A stretch of DNA of 64,000 nt, from contig JBGSSB010000073.1 in assembly GCA_041737255.1 (NCBI GenBank), forward strand, positions 7,954 to 71,953. Reading direction: 5' to 3'. The position numbers were made by a program, and so were the translations under genes. Shown here one piece after another: positions 45,780 through 54,985 of this stretch (position 1 is the stretch's first letter; every line of letters begins with the position of its first letter). The DNA is from Chlamydiales bacterium. Its GTDB lineage: Bacteria; Chlamydiota; Chlamydiia; Chlamydiales; FEN-1388. A model generated the notes under the pieces. The model worked only from the letters and a program-made list of their open reading frames with translations. It ran no database searches and was not told where the DNA came from.

Positions 45780-48014
45780 ATGACCCCGATTAATGACTCT
45801 GTTTTTAAAGTGCCCCACCCCCCATTACTTGGCTTAGAAACTCTTGCCACTGCAGCAAGCGATAGAGAGCGCCTAACATATGCCTCAAAATGTATTGATG
45901 TGATCCAGACTGTAGAGTTTGAGGAAGAGCGTATAGAAGATTTTTTCTTTGGTGTTTGTGGGGAAGTTTCTGAAGCAGGGCTACAGCACTGTTTTTCTGA
46001 AGAAGAATTAGAAAAGGTGTATGCATTTTTAGAATGGTATCACCTACTTTTAATGGGGTGCTTGCCCGATCCAAGTGGTTGTAAGGAAGAGCTAGATTGT
46101 GTCTTGAAATTTTTCAATCTTGATAGCTGCCTTGATATTTTACACTCAAAAAATAGCAAGCTTGATTTGACTACTAGTCGTTTTACGCTTGAGTGCTTAC
46201 TTACTATTATGGATGGCGCAAACGAGGCAAGGGAAGGACACTATAACGCTTTTCAGGATAAGGTGTGCAAGCTATTGAGTTACCACAGCTCAAAAGAGGT
46301 GGTTTTAGCTAATATAGAAATGCTTTTAACTGAGAAGCCATCTTTACTCTTTACAGAAGCCATATCGAACATGGAGCAAAACGAACGATTTCGATGGGCG
46401 TTGTTTATTTCAATTGTTTCCCAGTACAGCAATGAATTGGATTTTATTGAGCTCTTGGCAAAACAGGTAGCAGATAAAGAGCAGGGCTTCCCTCAGCATC
46501 TACAATCACATCTTATACACCTTTTGGCTGGAGTGAAAAAAAATTACTTAATGAGGCCTTGGGCGTGTTCTGGAGGCACGTCTTCTTATGGTTTGTCGCC
46601 GATTTTATTTGCCAAATTAGATGTTCCTGGGTTGCCAAATTGGATGCCAAATGGAGGTAATACCTGCTACATTTCAGCAACACTATGGCCACTATATTTA
46701 TTGATAGGTGACAAAATTAAAGAAAGTCTTTGTGCTGCTGACGTTGTAGATGCCCCTACCTCAACCCCTGTCGGCGCCTTTAAAGCTTTTTATTTAAAAA
46801 TGGCAGCTTCTGAAAGTACAAACATCACAGCAAAAGAAGTAAGTGAGTTTAGAAAAGCTATGCAGATAGCATTTCCGAGTAGATTTGCTTCATCTTTAAC
46901 ATGTGGGCAAGAAGATGCCTATGAGTTTTTGGCAGGAATTTTGCAGGAGCTGCTGGGCTTAGATTTTCAGGTTGACAAACCAGACGGATTTTATATTTTA
47001 CACAAGTTTAAGCGGACAAATGCTAAGTCCTTAGAAGGTTCAGAATATTATGATTACACCGCAGCACTTGCTCCTTCTTTTAGCCCCCAGCACTCACATA
47101 TCCTTGATATACCACTTGATGTGGGCCGTATGGTACCTGTAGCTTTGAGTGAACTTATTACGACTACTCGGCAAAATGGGCAAGTGGATCGAAATGTTCG
47201 ATTGTACCCTCGTGAAGTACTGAGTGAAAGCAATGTCGATACATATAATATTTTGCCAAAGCATCAAACCATTTCTGTTTATCACTCTGAGCAGTATCAG
47301 GTGGAATCAAGAGATCTTGCTCCAGAGTATTTTTGCGCTCGAATTAAGCGCTTTTCTTCTGACTCGCTTCAAAAAAGAAACGATCTTGTCCAGCCAAATG
47401 CAACCCTGGAATTTAGCTGCAGAGAAAATGAGCAGCAAACGGTACCCTATGATCTCGTTGCCATGACTATACATAGTGGGACAACTATTAACATGGGACA
47501 CTATTACACCTATATTAGACACCAAGTACAAGGTGAGTGGCGAATTTTTAAGTACGACGATATACAAGGCCCTGAACTTTGCGTTGATGAGCAAAAAGCA
47601 TTGCTTGATGTATCGAAAAGCGGGTATATCTTTTATTATAAAAAAAGAAAAGATGGTCTTGAATCCCCTCCTCAATTTATTTTCCCCGATAAGCTTCAGG
47701 AGGCAAAGGCGTGGGTGGCAACAAACGTATCAGGCAGCTTTTTTGTTGATGAAAAAAAGGGCTCATTGATGGCTGAGGATGATCCCACAGCTGAGTCTAA
47801 GGCTCTTAAGGGATTAGCTGAGGTTTTGGGAAAATCTGTCTATGTTATAGATCCAGTAAGAGACAGAGATTTGTTGGTGCTAGATAATGGTTACCCAATT
47901 CCTGGCGACTCTTTTTGCCATGGTGAAGAGTTTTCTCTTGGAGGAATTCAGTACCTATTTAAGCAGTCGGATAAATCGTATGTGTTGTTGACCAGTTTGA
48001 AGTGCCCGGATTGA
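45780..48014 (+). CDS. Eukaryote-type ubiquitin-specific protease (USP/UBP, peptidase C19) domain protein
   Basis: The Cys box is GLPNWMPNGGNTCYISATLWPL (Cys296), the QEDAYEF block is present, and the His box is YDLVAMTIHSGTTINMGHYYTYIR...WRIFKYDDIQG (His574). About 280 aa on the N-terminal side and about 120 aa on the C-terminal side are unassigned. Confidence 0.75.
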   Translation: MTPINDSVFKVPHPPLLGLETLATAASDRERLTYASKCIDVIQTVEFEEERIEDFFFGVCGEVSEAGLQHCFSEEELEKVYAFLEWYHLLLMGCLPDPSGCKEELDCVLKFFNLDSCLDILHSKNSKLDLTTSRFTLECLLTIMDGANEAREGHYNAFQDKVCKLLSYHSSKEVVLANIEMLLTEKPSLLFTEAISNMEQNERFRWALFISIVSQYSNELDFIELLAKQVADKEQGFPQHLQSHLIHLLAGVKKNYLMRPWACSGGTSSYGLSPILFAKLDVPGLPNWMPNGGNTCYISATLWPLYLLIGDKIKESLCAADVVDAPTSTPVGAFKAFYLKMAASESTNITAKEVSEFRKAMQIAFPSRFASSLTCGQEDAYEFLAGILQELLGLDFQVDKPDGFYILHKFKRTNAKSLEGSEYYDYTAALAPSFSPQHSHILDIPLDVGRMVPVALSELITTTRQNGQVDRNVRLYPREVLSESNVDTYNILPKHQTISVYHSEQYQVESRDLAPEYFCARIKRFSSDSLQKRNDLVQPNATLEFSCRENEQQTVPYDLVAMTIHSGTTINMGHYYTYIRHQVQGEWRIFKYDDIQGPELCVDEQKALLDVSKSGYIFYYKKRKDGLESPPQFIFPDKLQEAKAWVATNVSGSFFVDEKKGSLMAEDDPTAESKALKGLAEVLGKSVYVIDPVRDRDLLVLDNGYPIPGDSFCHGEEFSLGGIQYLFKQSDKSYVLLTSLKCPD

Positions 48015-48138
48015 GGCTGTTGATGGAAGTTGCATAAATCACCACAGAGTCACCGAGATCAGTGAAATCATTTGAGAAACAGAGAATGACTGTGCAAATC
48101 CAAAAAATAACCAAAAATTATTTAGCTCGTGTGTAAAG

Positions 48139-48891
48139 CTATTTGACAGTACTTTTGTTTGTGGCAAAAAAGAGGAATTTCTTTAGACAAGAGGCGACTT
48201 CCTGGCGCTCTTCGTCATTTAGTTCATCTTCATGTCGTTTAAAATAGGTGATAAGTCGTTCCAGATTCGTTAAAAGGTTTTGGCAGCTACGAACACCCCT
48301 TTTGTCTTTTGAAGGCAATGGGAAGGCTGTACGGATGCGCTCTAGCATCTCTTGTTTTGTTTCACCGTTGTAGGATGAGATGATCAACTTTTTTTCGTCT
48401 AAAGGTGCCTGACGGCTTGCTAAGGTATACATAACTTGGCGAGGAAGGCTTTCTGCTTTTGTTTTTAGCTCGTGTGGGAGTAGATCGATTAATTCGTAGT
48501 ACATGAGGAAGTTATAGGGCGTTTGACGGTTGCCATAGGTTGCAACTAGCCATGCACTAAAGGCGCCTTCTTTGTAACTTTTGAGAATACGTTGAGCTCG
48601 CATGATGCGCTCACCATGCAAAATAGCCGCTTGGTTTGTAATGGCTTTGATTTCAGAGGTAATGCTAAAGAGCGCCTGAAGATCAGATCCAATGTCATGG
48701 GCTGTATCTGGCGTATGTTTATGCAGAATGTCTTCAAGGCGCAATTTTTCGAGATCTTCGAGCTCGACCGATTTAAAGAGACCGGAAAACCCTGTAAGGC
48801 GACCATCATTGGATTGTTTGGCAAGAGCCTTAATTTTTTGAGATCCGCCCGATGAAAAACGCCCCTCTAACATCTCTTCTAATTTTGTCAT
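48139..48891 (-). CDS. pGP6-D-like protein (chromosomal paralogue of chlamydial plasmid protein pGP6-D; presumed partition adaptor)
   Basis: The core block ILHGERIMRAQRILKSYKEGAFSAWLVATYGNRQTPYNFLMYYELIDLLPHELKTKAESLPRQVMYTLASRQ is collinear with the pGP6-D sequence as I recall it (LLGEKIYNARKIL...FSSWIELVF...AYNALAYYELFINLP...IPYKSAYILAAR). Confidence 0.7.
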   Translation of the reverse strand: MTKLEEMLEGRFSSGGSQKIKALAKQSNDGRLTGFSGLFKSVELEDLEKLRLEDILHKHTPDTAHDIGSDLQALFSITSEIKAITNQAAILHGERIMRAQRILKSYKEGAFSAWLVATYGNRQTPYNFLMYYELIDLLPHELKTKAESLPRQVMYTLASRQAPLDEKKLIISSYNGETKQEMLERIRTAFPLPSKDKRGVRSCQNLLTNLERLITYFKRHEDELNDEERQEVASCLKKFLFFATNKSTVK

Positions 48892-49661
48892 TATTTCAAC
48901 CTCTGGACAATTTCTTTAGCAAGGTTTTTAAAATCTTCTGCTGCACGGCTTGCTTTATCTAGTTTTTCAACTTCAAAAATGGGTTTTCCAAATACTGTCG
49001 CTGAGCTTACACTAACATCTCGGCGCACTTTTGTGCTGAAGCACCCGCCTGGAAAGCTTTTGTCTATAATTTTAAGAAAGCCACTGTTGTTTTTTGCCCG
49101 GGCATTCCAAAATGAAATAACTACTCCCAGTATTTCCATGGGGTGGCGCTCTGCTATAGTGCTCATAAAATCTGAAAGGCGCTCTAGCCCTTTTACACTA
49201 TAAAATTCGCAAGTGGCGCAAACTACGGCGTGATTTGCGGCAATGAGTGCCGATTCTGTTAGCCAGCAAAGCGATGGAGGGGTGTCGATAATAATATAGT
49301 CGTAGTTAACGGTTTCGAGAATCCGTTTAAGCCTTTCGTGTGAATACCTGTCTGCTGCAAGCGCCCCTGTTACTTCCACTCGCTCAAGCCAGGTATCTGC
49401 TGGGACAAGGTCAAGATTTGGAATGCAGGTTTTCTGAATTACCTCTTTTACCTCTTTTGTCCCTAGCAAAACCGGTGCCATGCTATCTACTTGATCAGGA
49501 TCAAGCCCAAGTCCCATGGTAAGGTTGGCTTGAGCATCAAAGTCTACCAGCAGTACCTTTTTCTTGTGAAATTTGGCAAAAGCGGCTCCAAGATGGAGGC
49601 TTGTGGATGTTTTGGCTGTTCCACCTTTGAAGCTGCTAACTGCTAGTATCTGTTTTTTCAT
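48891..49661 (-). CDS. parA: ParA/MinD-family partition ATPase (pGP5-D-like)
   Basis: The deviant Walker A is FKGGTAKTSTSLHLGAA. Also present are VLLVDFDAQANLT and IIIDTPPS. Confidence 0.85.
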   Translation of the reverse strand: MKKQILAVSSFKGGTAKTSTSLHLGAAFAKFHKKKVLLVDFDAQANLTMGLGLDPDQVDSMAPVLLGTKEVKEVIQKTCIPNLDLVPADTWLERVEVTGALAADRYSHERLKRILETVNYDYIIIDTPPSLCWLTESALIAANHAVVCATCEFYSVKGLERLSDFMSTIAERHPMEILGVVISFWNARAKNNSGFLKIIDKSFPGGCFSTKVRRDVSVSSATVFGKPIFEVEKLDKASRAAEDFKNLAKEIVQRLK

Positions 49662-51616
49662 TGCGAGGATCCTTCGCTTGCTTTTTTAGTAGATAATAGC
49701 GACTCAAGGCATTTTTGAGCTCTTTCTTGTTTTAATAAATCAAGTAAAGCCTCTAGCTGCATCTCGCCGTGTATTTCGTTGTTTCGGGTGCGAACATTGA
49801 CGGTTTTATTTTCAACTTCCTTGTCACCTATGGTGAGGATGTAGTTGTATTGTGCCATTTGTGCTTCGCGTACCTTTTTTGACACCGACTCGCTTGTGTC
49901 ATCAAGATATACTTCAAAGCCACTGTTTCTAAACATCTCCGAAACAGTTTTACCAAACTCTACATGCCTGTCGGCAATGGAGATAATGGCAACTTGAGAT
50001 GGGCTAAGCCAAAGAGGGAATCTGCCTGCATAAAATTCGATAAGCGATCCAAAGAAGCGCTCAACAGAACCGTAAATAACCCTATGTAGCATGATAGGGC
50101 GCGCAGCTGATCCGTCTGGGGCTGTGTATTCTAGCTCAAAGCGCTCTGGAAGTGACATGTCAAGCTGAATGGTTCCACATTGCCAGGTTCTTCCTAAGGC
50201 ATCGTGGACGCGAAGATCAATTTTTGGTCCATAAAAGGCGCCGTCGCCTTCTTGAACCACGTAAGGTTTTCCAAATATATCAAGCGCTTGTTTAAGTGAG
50301 TTTGTAGTAAGCTCCCACGCTTCATCTGAGCCTATGGTGTTTTTATCTGGTCGTGTTGAAAGGGCGATATCATATGTAAGCCCAAATGTGGAGTACATTT
50401 CATCAACAAGCTTTAATATGTTAAATATTTCGCTTTGGATGTCTTGTGGCTGCATAAAGATGTGTGCGTCATCCTGGTGGAAGCAGCGAACGCGGAAAAG
50501 CCCTGAAAGCGATCCTGAAGGCTCAAAACGGTGGACGTGACCAATTTCTGCAACTCTCCATGGAAGCTCTCTGTAGCTGTGTTTTTTTGCCTTGTAAAAG
50601 AGCATAGCTCCAGGGCAGTTCATAGGTTTCACTGCAAATTCACGCTCTTCTACGCAGCAGGTATACATATGTTCTCTGTAATTTTCCCAGTGACCTGATC
50701 GCTCCCAGAGTTCCTTAATCATAAGGCTTGGAGTCTTAATTTCTACGTAGTTTGCTCGCTTGTGGCACTCTCTCCAGTATTCAAGCAGTCTGTTCCATAT
50801 AATCATGCCTTTGGGATGAATAAAGGGCATGCCTGGCGCTTCTTCTTTAAGAGAAAAGAGGTCAAGTTTTGGTCCCAACATTTTGTGGTCGCGTTTTTTT
50901 GCTTCTTCTAATCTGAACAGGTAGTCTTTAAGCAGCTTTCTGTCTGGGAAGGAAATGGCATAAATACGTGTAAGCATTTCATTTTTCGAATCTCCCCTCC
51001 AATATGCGCCCGATGTCTTGAGAATTTTGAGCGCTTTAATTTTGCCTAAACGCGGTAGATGTGGCCCGCGGCAAAAATCGAAAAACTCGCCCTGAGAATA
51101 GCCTGTGAGGGCTTGATCTTCAGGAATGCCTTCAATAAGTTCTTGCTTGTATTTGTTGTTTTCAAAACGAGATACGGCTTCTTTTTTTGATTGAAACACA
51201 TATCTCTGACTTGCAAAATTTTCTTCACAGATTGCTTGCATTTCTTTTTCGATACGATCAAAGTCGGCATCAGAAATTGTTAAATCAGCAAAATCGTAGT
51301 AGAGGCCGTTTTCGATTGGGGGACCGATCGTTGGTTTTGCGTTTGGATAGAGCCGAAGAACTGCCTGAGCTAGCACGTGAGCAGTTGTGTGCCAGAAAAC
51401 TTCTTTTCCTTCGGTGTCGTCAAATGACAAAAACTTGAGGCTGTCGCCCTCATTAAGAGGCGTGTCTAAATCGGAGATTTTGTCATTAATGATGACAGAA
51501 ACGGCCTGATGGGGGCCTTTTAAATTGAGCTTTTCAGCTAGATCTTGTGCTTTTGTTCCTGGTGGAACATCTAGGCTGGAAAAGCCGTTTTTGGGATCGG
51601 CATATCGTACTTGCAT
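49658..51616 (-). CDS. thrS: Threonine--tRNA ligase
   Basis: The protein has a TGS domain, the editing-domain motif HTTAHVLAQA, class II motifs (RVRCFHQDDAHIF; GTIQLD...) and an anticodon-binding tail. Confidence 0.95.
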   Translation of the reverse strand: MQVRYADPKNGFSSLDVPPGTKAQDLAEKLNLKGPHQAVSVIINDKISDLDTPLNEGDSLKFLSFDDTEGKEVFWHTTAHVLAQAVLRLYPNAKPTIGPPIENGLYYDFADLTISDADFDRIEKEMQAICEENFASQRYVFQSKKEAVSRFENNKYKQELIEGIPEDQALTGYSQGEFFDFCRGPHLPRLGKIKALKILKTSGAYWRGDSKNEMLTRIYAISFPDRKLLKDYLFRLEEAKKRDHKMLGPKLDLFSLKEEAPGMPFIHPKGMIIWNRLLEYWRECHKRANYVEIKTPSLMIKELWERSGHWENYREHMYTCCVEEREFAVKPMNCPGAMLFYKAKKHSYRELPWRVAEIGHVHRFEPSGSLSGLFRVRCFHQDDAHIFMQPQDIQSEIFNILKLVDEMYSTFGLTYDIALSTRPDKNTIGSDEAWELTTNSLKQALDIFGKPYVVQEGDGAFYGPKIDLRVHDALGRTWQCGTIQLDMSLPERFELEYTAPDGSAARPIMLHRVIYGSVERFFGSLIEFYAGRFPLWLSPSQVAIISIADRHVEFGKTVSEMFRNSGFEVYLDDTSESVSKKVREAQMAQYNYILTIGDKEVENKTVNVRTRNNEIHGEMQLEALLDLLKQERAQKCLESLLSTKKASEGSSQ

Positions 51617-51717
51617 GGGGCTCCTTCGTTGCTAAATCTTAAGTAGTATCGCAAATCGTGGCTTTTTTTTACATTTTTGGTTACTGTAACAAAAATATTG
51701 AAATGTGAGGGTGTTCT

Positions 51718-54678
51718 TTGCCTGGGTTAGAAGATATTTTGAATGATGCATCAGTACCTCCAGAGCACCCCTTTTTTTATGCTCGGATATGCACGTTTCT
51801 TTTGCGGTCAAATGGTAAAAGCGTAAAAACAGATGCAGATATTATAGAGCAGATTTGTTCTGAAGAATTTGATGATCTTTCTCGAAGATTGGATAGAACT
51901 GTAATCCAAGAAGCTCCTCAGGTTCGCAACTTGCTTAGGGCAAGACTTATTGCAACAAAACTTATTGGCGATGATGGTGATCTAAAGCTAGGACTTGTTC
52001 CTCTCTTCATTGATGCTTTAAAACAAAAACTGTACTCAATGGCCCCATCTCGTCAGTTTGATGCTGTACGTGATAAGCATATGCTGCGTGTTTTAGAGCT
52101 CATATATAACAATAAAGAATTTGTTAGGGTTTTGAGACACATAAGTCGACCTGTATCTAATAGGCTTGCCGAACAAATTATTCGCGATACGCTCGTCATT
52201 GCTCCTAATATTCCTATTAACGACGTTCATGTGCGACGAGCAGTGCTTGCAGCTTGGCTTAGCACGCTGCGTCAAAGCTTAGGGTCATGTTTTGCTACGG
52301 CACCGGCAATACTAGTACATCAAGAGCAGCCGCTTGTTTTTTTGCGTGATCTAGATGAAATGATGAACACGGGTTATATGAGAAGAACCTATGGTGGAAG
52401 AGAATATAGCGTTCCAATGAGTGCAACGTGGGGAAATGGTGATCTAAAGAAACCCTTAGTGCTCGAAAGGGACCTTAATCAAAACGAAAATAAGGTTTGG
52501 ATGTCCCCAGGAATTATTGCCGCATTGGATGCTGTGGATTTTTTCCCGGAGGGTATGGTTCAAAAAGAAAAAATTCACCAATTGCATGGGCAATTACAAA
52601 AGGCAGTAGATCAAATTGAGGGGGCCGGCCACATTATTGTTACTAATGCAGAAGAGCTTATCCGCCAGTTGCTATTGTGCCAGTATAATCTTACCGAACA
52701 ACGAGTCCGTGAATTTTTGGATCGACCTAAGAGTATGATGCAAAGTGAAATGATGATGCACATGCCACACGCTGGAATTACATCAAAACCAAAAGCTGAT
52801 TTATTACCTCTTTTTTTAAGGAACTTTGAGACTGCAAAAACAGCGTTTCGTACGTTAGCGGATAATGCCCTATTGAAGGCGTGGGAATTTACACTCGCTT
52901 CATTTTCCGAAATAAACCTTAATTTTACTAGATGGAATTTGTATGCAAGCCTTGGGGTAAACTTTGATGAGCCCGGAGGAATAGGTCAATGTCTTTATCA
53001 GATCCTCTCTTCTAAAGTAGACCAAGCAAATGCTGTATTAAAAGAGCACCAGCTTGAGTACGAGCAAATTTGGGCACAGCTTCAATACTTGCAAGCCCGC
53101 TCTCAAACAGCAACCACAGAAAAAGAGATCACCTGGTTAAAGATGGAGTATCAGTCTCGACAGACTGAGCTTTACCACATAGATAAGATGCGGCAAATGG
53201 CACATGAGCAAGCAGTAAAGGTTGCGGGGCTTAATGAGTTTCTTATAAATGAATATGACAGGCTTTTTTTTGACTTCTTCCAAGAAGTATATGATGCAGA
53301 TCTTCACGATGTTGCAGCCGGCCCCTTTGATGACTGCCCAGCCGGCTTTAGGCTTCTTTATAAGCATGGAAGAGCAAATCCCTCTTTATGGACTCGAGTA
53401 AGCTCTCTTACTGAATTTATAGAGGCGCTAGTTTCTTTCTTTACTATTACAGAATCAGAACTTCGGACTAGCCCTGAAATTAAGGGCATAGAAAATGAAT
53501 TCAGTCTTATTACTACTCAGCTAATAGGCCATGTGAGGAGTGATGAGTTTATGGAATCTGCTTTTTATCGCATGGCAAAAGCACATAACGTAGCACCAAT
53601 AGCCAATCCTCTTGATAACCTTGAAAAAATAGAGAAAAAGCCCTGGGTATACACCTCAGGCGGGTCTATGAGTACTTTAGTGTCAGCGTATTTTCGCAGA
53701 GAAGAGAAGCCAACTGAGACTGCGCGCTGGGTAGAAAATGAGACTGAGCTCTTGGCATTTTTTATCGATACTATAAAGCAGCTACCGGCTCAAGTGTCTG
53801 ATATGTATGTAAAAGAGTGCAACAAATCGATGCTTATTCATTCTCCCACGCATGCTTTTTTATTAAAACCGGGGCTTTTTAAAGAAGCGTGGACAAGCGA
53901 TATGTATACCTACTCATGGATCAAACATAAAGTTATCGAGCCTGCTACAAGGGATATTGATGATCTTGTACTAGTAGAGGTTATGGCAGAAGACATCATC
54001 CGCTCGCTGCTTTATGCTGTTCCGCAAGATTACCGCCCTCGATTTAAACAGGTATTTCAAACCTTGCCTTATTCAACTACGCCACAAGACTTTAGAAACT
54101 CTATTATTAATGCCTTTCATACTGATAGAGGCCTGCGTGGACCAAGAGGTCCAGTACTTACGGCTGATGACGTAGATTCAATATTCTATTCTCATCTGCC
54201 CTATATCGAAGTAGGCGATATTCAACTTCTTTTGCAGGAGGTTCTTGGTAATGTGTTTTCTTATGACCCTAAACTGCAAAGCAGAGTTTCTTTAGTAGTG
54301 CAAACTGTACTAGCTCGCATTACTACAAAAAGTGTGCTTTCAGCAAAACGGCTTTTAGAGCTTGCCAAAGCGATATCTTGTTTAGTTGTAGAGGAGACGC
54401 GAATCTCAAAGGATATACATAAGGCAATTATTGAGGAGTTTCGTGCAAGAAAGAGAATGCTCGTGGCACCATTAATTGTTGCAGATTCAAATTGGGTTCG
54501 AGACTATTTTTCGTTAGTTGTAAGTCCGACAACGGGTGATTTAGAGCTCTGGAGTACGGATTTCTATGGAGTCGAAGGTCGGCCAATTAGTTACTGGAAA
54601 ATGTGGGTAAATGGCTCTAGAAAGTCACCAGAATGGGGAATATTCTTTAAGCCATTTGAATATGTTGCAAGAAATTAA
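51718..54678 (+). CDS. Large hypothetical protein (986 aa, TTG start)
   Basis: A long uninterrupted ORF with GAGGG 5 nt upstream of the TTG. No family is recognised. See the finding on its possible papain-like motif order. Confidence 0.6.
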   Translation: MPGLEDILNDASVPPEHPFFYARICTFLLRSNGKSVKTDADIIEQICSEEFDDLSRRLDRTVIQEAPQVRNLLRARLIATKLIGDDGDLKLGLVPLFIDALKQKLYSMAPSRQFDAVRDKHMLRVLELIYNNKEFVRVLRHISRPVSNRLAEQIIRDTLVIAPNIPINDVHVRRAVLAAWLSTLRQSLGSCFATAPAILVHQEQPLVFLRDLDEMMNTGYMRRTYGGREYSVPMSATWGNGDLKKPLVLERDLNQNENKVWMSPGIIAALDAVDFFPEGMVQKEKIHQLHGQLQKAVDQIEGAGHIIVTNAEELIRQLLLCQYNLTEQRVREFLDRPKSMMQSEMMMHMPHAGITSKPKADLLPLFLRNFETAKTAFRTLADNALLKAWEFTLASFSEINLNFTRWNLYASLGVNFDEPGGIGQCLYQILSSKVDQANAVLKEHQLEYEQIWAQLQYLQARSQTATTEKEITWLKMEYQSRQTELYHIDKMRQMAHEQAVKVAGLNEFLINEYDRLFFDFFQEVYDADLHDVAAGPFDDCPAGFRLLYKHGRANPSLWTRVSSLTEFIEALVSFFTITESELRTSPEIKGIENEFSLITTQLIGHVRSDEFMESAFYRMAKAHNVAPIANPLDNLEKIEKKPWVYTSGGSMSTLVSAYFRREEKPTETARWVENETELLAFFIDTIKQLPAQVSDMYVKECNKSMLIHSPTHAFLLKPGLFKEAWTSDMYTYSWIKHKVIEPATRDIDDLVLVEVMAEDIIRSLLYAVPQDYRPRFKQVFQTLPYSTTPQDFRNSIINAFHTDRGLRGPRGPVLTADDVDSIFYSHLPYIEVGDIQLLLQEVLGNVFSYDPKLQSRVSLVVQTVLARITTKSVLSAKRLLELAKAISCLVVEETRISKDIHKAIIEEFRARKRMLVAPLIVADSNWVRDYFSLVVSPTTGDLELWSTDFYGVEGRPISYWKMWVNGSRKSPEWGIFFKPFEYVARN

Positions 54679-54985
54679 TAGCCTAAGCAGATTTTTCTTG
54701 CAAATCTAAACGGAATTATGCTAATCCGGTCATTAAGTTAATAATGGGCAAAAAAAATTGCGCCATTTGCATTTTTACGGAGTGGAAAAAAATTTGTTCT
54801 GAAGTCATTTACAGTGATCAGTTTAGAGAAATGGCAGGGCAAAATGTGTTTACAAAAATTCCAATCCTACATATACACTGTGGCCAATATTGTTGATGCG
54901 ATTCGATAAATATTGTGCAGCATGAATGTAGTAGTGCTTGCAAATTGGACGCTCAAAAAAGATTTTTTTTAGGGAACTTGCAACA

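Noticed and set aside
51617-51717. A T-box or other leader riboswitch upstream of thrS
   Set aside because: The divergent spacer is only about 100 bp and is shared with the 986-aa gene. I saw no T-box consensus or terminator/antiterminator pair.
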